From Botryllus schlosseri (taxonomy: Eukaryota): a DNA stretch of 64,000 bases. Where the stretch lies: positions 22,258,001-22,322,000 of the forward strand of contig CM119385.1 in NCBI GenBank assembly GCA_051294905.1. The letters are read 5' to 3'. The notes below the pieces were generated by a model that saw nothing but the letters and a program-made list of their open reading frames with translations, ran no database searches and was not told the DNA's origin. A program made the position numbers and the translations under genes. The first letter of the stretch is position 1. Each line of letters opens with the position of its first letter. Below, piece by piece: positions 58,201 to 64,000 of this stretch.

Positions 58201-61200
58201 AATCAGCTAAGTTTCTCCTAAATTCATTTCTCGCGCAGCGAATCTGGGAAATATCGGCTTCAACAGTAGCCGTTGAGGGAAAGAATGTTGCCAGTCATCC
58301 ACAAAAGGTTTTCAGAGCTTCAAAATCTTTGGAGGGCCGAACCGGCTCCCATGCATCATGAAAAGAGATCACTTCGCCAGTGCCATCGATATCATCGCGG
58401 AAAGAATTTTCTTCCCGATCCTTTTCCAGGAGTTTCCTGTGTTGTCTCTCAACACATTCTATTTAGTAGCCCGACTATCATTTCTCCTTCAGTCTACCGA
58501 TATATTTTCGGAGGACTTTTGTCACTTCAGGTGGCTTTAATATTACCAACTCGCATGGAAGAGTCCTGGGAAAGTTAGCTTGTTTAAAAACATTGACGCA
58601 ACAAGACTGTCTGGTAAAACAAGACTATGCAGCTCAGAAATAGCCAGACAGTTTGTTGCGTCACAATGTTCAACTCGATCACAATGCAAAAATCGTGGTT
58701 GTTTTTGGGGGTTCCAGTTCCATGAGCAGAATATAATTTGTATTTTAATAATCAGTACTGCGGCAGCTTCTCATTGATACCCGTTTTATCATATTATGAA
58801 ACCTGCCTTTCACAAACGCTCATCTTGCTTGTAACGCGGTCCTGTTAACACAACACCATAAACGAAATACACTCTTTGGCAGGCCGTGTCATTTTTGGCA
58901 TACGCCAAAATTTGCTTATTTTTGGCATCTTCAAATTTTTATTTTTGGCAGTTTTGGCATGGCTCCTGAAATGCCAAAAATAACACGGCCTGGGCATGGG
59001 ACAATGAGAACGGGAATTCGAATTGATAGTGATGATTCGCGTCGCGTATAGGGAGACATGGTTTTTTCGGGTACGGAAAGTATATAAGCCCCTTTCCACC
59101 ACAAGAGTTAATTTATCAACGAGAGTGATAGTTTCATTTCTTTTTCCCACCTAGGAAGCCTTGAAACCTCGATTGGTCGTATCACAGCATACAAAACATG
59201 TAATACAAAGCTACTCGCGTCAGTGAAAATGACATATCTGTCTGATCAACCCACAGCATTGCCACAAGTAAAATAGGCATGGCCGAAAATATATCAAGTG
59301 TTCTGTGATGTAGTGCACAATTAGCAATATTTTCTTTGATCTGCGCGTCGTAAAAATGCATCTTTGAACTTTCCACATACATCATACTCATATGACGACG
59401 TCTTAACGTGTGATATTCAACCTAACTCGAAGCCTAAAACTAGATTCGGAATCGAAACACTCACGTTCTCGATTTTGCCATGACCCAATATTCATACGCT
59501 GTACTTTGGTTTCGGACGAATGGATCCAGGTTGACTTGGGAAGCAGTCTGCCGATAGCCGGCGTCATCCTACAAGGGCGGTCAGACATGAATGAGTGGGT
59601 GAAAACGTACAAGGTCCAGTGCGACTCGGTGACGATTCAAGAATACGGAGTTGACAAGGTATATTGATACACCACGTTCTTTCCAATTCTCTACCAGTTG
59701 CTAACGATGACCCCTGTCGAGTGTCAATCGGAAATATTCCGATTTACTTCAATACCAATATATTATTTAATTGTATATCATATATATAAGTTATGTACTT
59801 TCCAAGAGTCTCTTCGTATTGGCAATGTTTGTGGAAATCTAGCGACCCTCCGATGTGATTTGTTTTGCCCTGCCACGTACTTCGAAATAGGCCTAACAAA
59901 TGCGGCTATAAAGTCAACATTGAATCACGCAGGTATTCATTTAGTAATTACTAGGGATGGTGTGAACGCGAGGTTCACGTTCGCGTTCTGTGTGTGAACC
60001 TCAGAAATTTAGAGGTTCACGTTCACAAACGAACCTTGGTAGGTTCTGCACTGTGAACCTTTTTCATATATTGTAATTTTCCACGTTATTTGTTAAAATT
60101 TTTGGTTAAAATTCATTGCATTTCAACTGCGGGCCCCTGTATGCATGGCACTGACAGCATAAAAATCAACACTAAACGAGCATGCAACATTGACAATCTC
60201 AAAAATTTTAGTTGATTTGTTACAAAAGTTTGCTCGAAACATCCAGTTTTCCGTTTTTAAATATTTAGTGACTCTCTGCTTTGATCTTGACCCGTAATCA
60301 CACAATATCAAGAGCGAAATACGCTACATGTAGGTATAGTCATGTCAGCGAATGATGCTTATTCAACCAATCAATGAAATTCATATCGGAATACATCGTT
60401 GTCAAATATAAAAAAATCTAGCAGGCGTATGTGGAAACCATCTTGATTTGATATGTGTTTTGTATCATAAAAAACAAATCGGTGTGATTGGGGTGTTGGA
60501 CACTCCTATATAACTTCTTAATGGGATGATATAGGCAGCAAGTATCGAAACCCTTTTTACTTTCTATTCAATATCAATGTAGCAGTACTAAGACGCCGAG
60601 TACATATTCCGGTCTGGCCTATAGACCGTTTAAGGCGTAAGCTTATATTCCCTTGCAACTCTTCGTCGGAAGATATTGATTGGGTTAATTATGTCATTTG
60701 ATTGCTCCAGTTGATATATTTGGCGACCTTTAAAAAGTCAGTATGTACTTCACTATTGTGGCATAATGAGGCCCCAGTCGTTACTAGATATCGTATTGTA
60801 CATTAATATATCACTTCACTGAAATGTAGGCTCGGAATTACCAATATGACGTCATGTGACGTCATGAGGTTCACGTTCGTGTTCACACAGAACCTTTCCA
60901 AAAGGTTCGCGTTCACACGAACCAGAACCTTTCAGAGGTTCACACCATCCCTAGTAATTACTGCCGACGTGTTGTGCAAGTTGCTCGACTGACCTATAGT
61001 AGGGCGGAGCATGGACCGGAGCCGTATTGGATATCTGGCCGGACTTTTTCATTTTGGCAGGAGCCAGATCGGATACAGATCAGTACAATTTCTGATACGG
61101 CCGGAGCTGAATCAGTACTTTTTGGATACGGCCAGAATCTTAATTGATAAGCATGACTTTTGTAACAAAATAACTACCAACCAACCACACGCAAGTAACC

Positions 61201-61775
61201 GCCAAGCCAGTGCGAAAATAAACGACCCATATCTATAAATTTACCCAAACACCGTATACCGTCACGGCGGAGCATGGACCGGAGCCGGATTGGATATCCG
61301 ACAGGACTTTTCCATTTTTGACCGGAGCCGAATCAGTACTTTTCCTGATGAGTCGGAGCGGAACCGGACCAGAGAATTTGTCGATCCGCTCCGCTCTATA
61401 GGCCTACAGCCAAGTTTTTGCGAATTCAGTAATTCTAATTCTAATCTAATACGGATAAGCACCGTTCAGCTATAATTTCAGTTCTAATCTAATTCGGAAA
61501 AGCTGAAAATATTCCAGTTATCCAATTACGTAAATTAACACCGCCAATTTACATGCTATTTCCAATCATACCTCTGCCAAGCGTTATTAGACCAATGTCA
61601 AAAAAACGTAACTTTTCAGATATTCATCGGGAACACGGACCGAGACACCAAAGTAGTTGGAAAATTCCATCATCCGCTGAAATGTCAAATCGTCCGCATC
61701 GTACCGGTATCGTTCCAGGTCCACGTCACTCTGCGATTTGAGTTGATCAGCGGGAAGTGTTTCGACGAATATTAG
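55278..61775 (+). CDS. Secreted coiled-coil + F5/8 type C (discoidin) domain protein B (about 244-266 aa; exon 4 acceptor anomalous)
   Basis: Exons 55278-55449 (MLFVIHLCSLMAAVVMA..), 56993-57091, 57150-57308 (TRCYMGMKFGDIPDSAITASS..), 59444 or 59510-59658 (DEWIQVDLG..QGRSD..EWV) and 61620-61775 (FIGNTD..LRFELISGKCFDEY*). Confidence 0.82.
55495..56455. mobile_element. MITE with TA target duplication (Tc1/mariner-like by TSD only)
   Basis: 25-bp TIR GGGGAGATGTGGTACCGATGGATCA, flanked by TA on both sides; internal direct repeat GGGTGGGGACCGATGATAC. Confidence 0.8.
57410..57790 (-). mobile_element. Penelope-like retroelement 3' remnant (GIY-YIG endonuclease C-terminus + terminal repeat)
   Basis: SAIGKHLLDNPICANNYRDDKFRVIGRGRSHFHLCALETTFSKIHQPKLCQQKEFVY (about 57750-57575) resembles the C-terminus of PLE GIY-YIG domains. 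It is followed on the same strand by the hammerhead-containing repeat. Confidence 0.75.
57421..57464 (-). ncRNA. Minimal type I hammerhead ribozyme with loop-II pseudoknot arm
   Basis: Minus strand reads GCUGAC-gauu-ACCC-CUGACGA-G(UGUCAGC)C-GAAA-AUAU-UC-GGGU. It has both conserved core boxes, a 4-bp stem I, a G-C stem II closure, a palindromic AAUAUU stem III and a UC cleavage site. Confidence 0.8.
59675..59810 (+). repeat. PLE terminal repeat copy with mutated core (discoidin B, intron 4)
   Basis: gaccc CTGTCGA gtgtcaatc GGAA atat TC. Confidence 0.65.
59952..60953 (+). mobile_element. Non-autonomous hAT, TAGGGATGGTGTGAAC family
   Basis: TIR TAGGGATGGTGTGAAC / GTTCACACCATCCCTA; perfect TSD GTAATTAC. 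Confidence 0.92.
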
Positions 61776-62593
61776 CTTCACCTTCACTTCGCGGCAGACA
61801 TGGACAACTACATAATTCTAGTTGTCTAGATTAGACTAATGAGATCGCAATGCCGGTAATCAGATTCCAATCTAATTTGTGAAATTTTTCTCAATGCTAT
61901 CATTTTTTATGCATGAAAATCAGCAGAGCACTTGATTTGGAATCAACGACAAGATTTTACAGTCATATATTCTCAACTCCAATCACAATTATATTCAAAA
62001 CATTGCAAAGTACGCATGTTTGGAAAGTAGGATAGTCGTTTTCTTTCCAAGATAACCCGGAGACATGCTTTCCCGTCGAAGTATATTTTCTTCTGATGCA
62101 ATCAATATCGCATAAATAGTCTCCATTATTGCTTTTATTATTTCAACGCTCTCCATTCTTCGTTATATTTTCCGACTCCCGTACAATATGGAGGGCTTAT
62201 AGTTCCAGACCACCGGCTTTAATGCTATTCCGACGAGGCTAACTTGCAATTAATTCAATATCACGATCTGAAGAACGTGTGGTGATCATTCCAGAAACAT
62301 TGCAACCTTCCAGCAAGTGTAATCCCCATTTGCATACGACGTATTACGTGTCAGCGACAGATCATGTTTAATTTGCCATTCATTATTTTCATTCGTTCCT
62401 CGTTGCGTGTTACAGCCCGTATTCCGTAATAATCGAAAGTCTACTTACATTAATACTCCGATGAATCGTTGAGTGCGGTGATATTGTCACAAAACGACTA
62501 TTTGGTTACCCAAACCGCCGGTTATTCACTGAATTCTTGGAATGTCTTATCGTCCCCTCGCTATACGCGTTTTAAAAATCTTATTCTCGTACG

Positions 62594-63136
62594 CTATCGC
62601 AGCTCATATAGCTCGTTCACGACTTCGATTTTCTCGGAATGTTCCGGCCGATCAATAGGTAGTATGCCATCCGAAGCCTTTGGTGAACGAACGGTCGTTT
62701 TCACAATTTGGTTTTTGAGCGTCGAGTTTGCTTTTGTTAACTGCCACGTCCTGAAATAGGTAACTTTCTATTTACATTTAACATTTGACATTTTTTGACA
62801 TCGCTCATCATTTTACACATCGCCTCATTTCAATCATCTCTAGTACCAATGAAAATATATCCTATACTTGAGCACACCACAACCCCAGTGAAGAAAATTT
62901 TCTTTATCATCAATTCGTAGACACTATTTTCCAAAAAGTGGTTCATTTTGCAAAATGAGTACGTTGCAAACTATTGACTACAATTCGTAGACGCTGCGTT
63001 ACCAACCTGATTGCCAACAGGATTGCAATCAAGAGCGTGATTGCGAAGAGTAAACCGAACGTCATTCCCAGAATTTGGTTATGCGTCACGTCGCTATCGG
63101 TGTGAGATGTCGTAATTTTTCCGTTATTCGAGACGC
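62594..63136 (-). CDS. Probable 3' exons of a single-pass membrane protein (partial; gene would extend beyond the window)
   Basis: Exon 63136-63007 (tttcag acceptor; VSNNGKITTSHTDSDVTHNQ-ILGMTFGLLFAITLLIAILLAI; donor AG|GTTGGT) joins in phase to exon 62750-62594 (tttcag; RTWQLTKANSTLKNQIV...IEVVNELYELR*). Confidence 0.55.
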
Positions 63137-64000
63137 CTGAAATAGGAGCAAACCACAGTTGAGATCTTGGAGATCAGTCCAGGATCTTGATTACTAAAGT
63201 ATCTGCTTGGTTCTCCTGGCGCTGTAAATATTGAATATCATAGGCCCCGAGTTCGCGCATTAGGTAGCCAGCTGGTTCAATTCTGTGTGGTCGAATAACT
63301 AGCTATTCCCAGGTATGAAATTGCGCAAAAGGTAGAAAAGAGCAAAGGTTGAGTAAGTATAGGGAATCGTCAGCTGATACGGACTATGATTTGCAAGCAT
63401 TAGTGCCATGCGAGTAACGTATAAGGAAATCAATTGGTCGCATAATAACTATGCATTTTGGCCTAAGCCAGTTATACTTCTCTGTGTTGTTATATAGGAC
63501 GTCAAATCTTGTCTATATAGATGTCTAGTTGTCGCCGGTAGCGGGATAAAATCAGTGGATTAATTTTTTTTTTGTCAGCCGGCTCCATCACAAATGTCGT
63601 ATTATAAAACCGGTTCTGTTACAAGTCATTGATAGTAACCAGTAATGTTTACCGGCTCGCTGATCTCATAAAATTTCGTGAGACAGGCCTAGAGAATCGG
63701 TTGAACCTGGCCATTGATTACAGTCAGCGGGTTCATGTTATCATGACCCTTATTAAACGACAGTGGATCGTATTCTAGTTACATAACATGGTTGGATATA
63801 TTTTTGATCTGAACAAGTCACACACAGTGTACAATGCGATAAGACACAATGCGATGTCATGAACAGATAGGAGGATGTCGAACGACACGCATCAGTAGCG
63901 ATCCTTTACTCTAACATCCACCTCGGCCTAGAGTGCCCGCTGTCACAGTCCTTTTTCAATGTTGATCTCTTTGAAGCCGCGGCCCTTTCTACTAGTTCTT

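Noticed and set aside
61000-61398. GGCGGAGCATGGACCGGAGCCG repeat as a CRISPR-like or regulatory array
   Set aside because: Only two copies, forming MITE-like subterminal repeats in a eukaryotic intron; no spacers, cas genes or TSD.
63137-63221. Additional exon upstream of the TM exon (tttacag acceptor at 63222)
   Set aside because: It is out of frame with the TM exon, and any donor would leave an implausibly short intron.

Overview
Eukaryotic (invertebrate animal-like; an ascidian is plausible but cannot be established from the window), AT-rich, intron-containing DNA that the single-exon ORF track mostly misses. Manual splicing gives three groups of host genes. (1) A cluster of five 3-exon BRI3/DUF2367-like small membrane proteins (LITAF-like CxxC-hydrophobic-CxxC), four on minus and one divergent copy on plus, at 1.1-41.9 kb. 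(2) Two tandem secreted genes of the form signal peptide + coiled coil + single F5/8C (discoidin) domain, at 46.6-61.8 kb. (3) The probable last two exons of a single-pass membrane protein at the right edge. Mobile DNA comprises an intact, very young Mag-type Ty3/Gypsy element (identical 154-bp LTRs, 5-bp TSD, tRNA-Leu PBS) and many nested non-autonomous hAT elements with 8-bp TSDs. It also includes a Penelope-like (GIY-YIG) remnant whose terminal repeat carries an apparently intact minimal type I hammerhead ribozyme with a palindromic stem III and a loop-II pseudoknot; decayed copies are scattered through introns. A 530-N gap lies at 47713-48242. All calls were made by eye; no database searches or folding programs were run.
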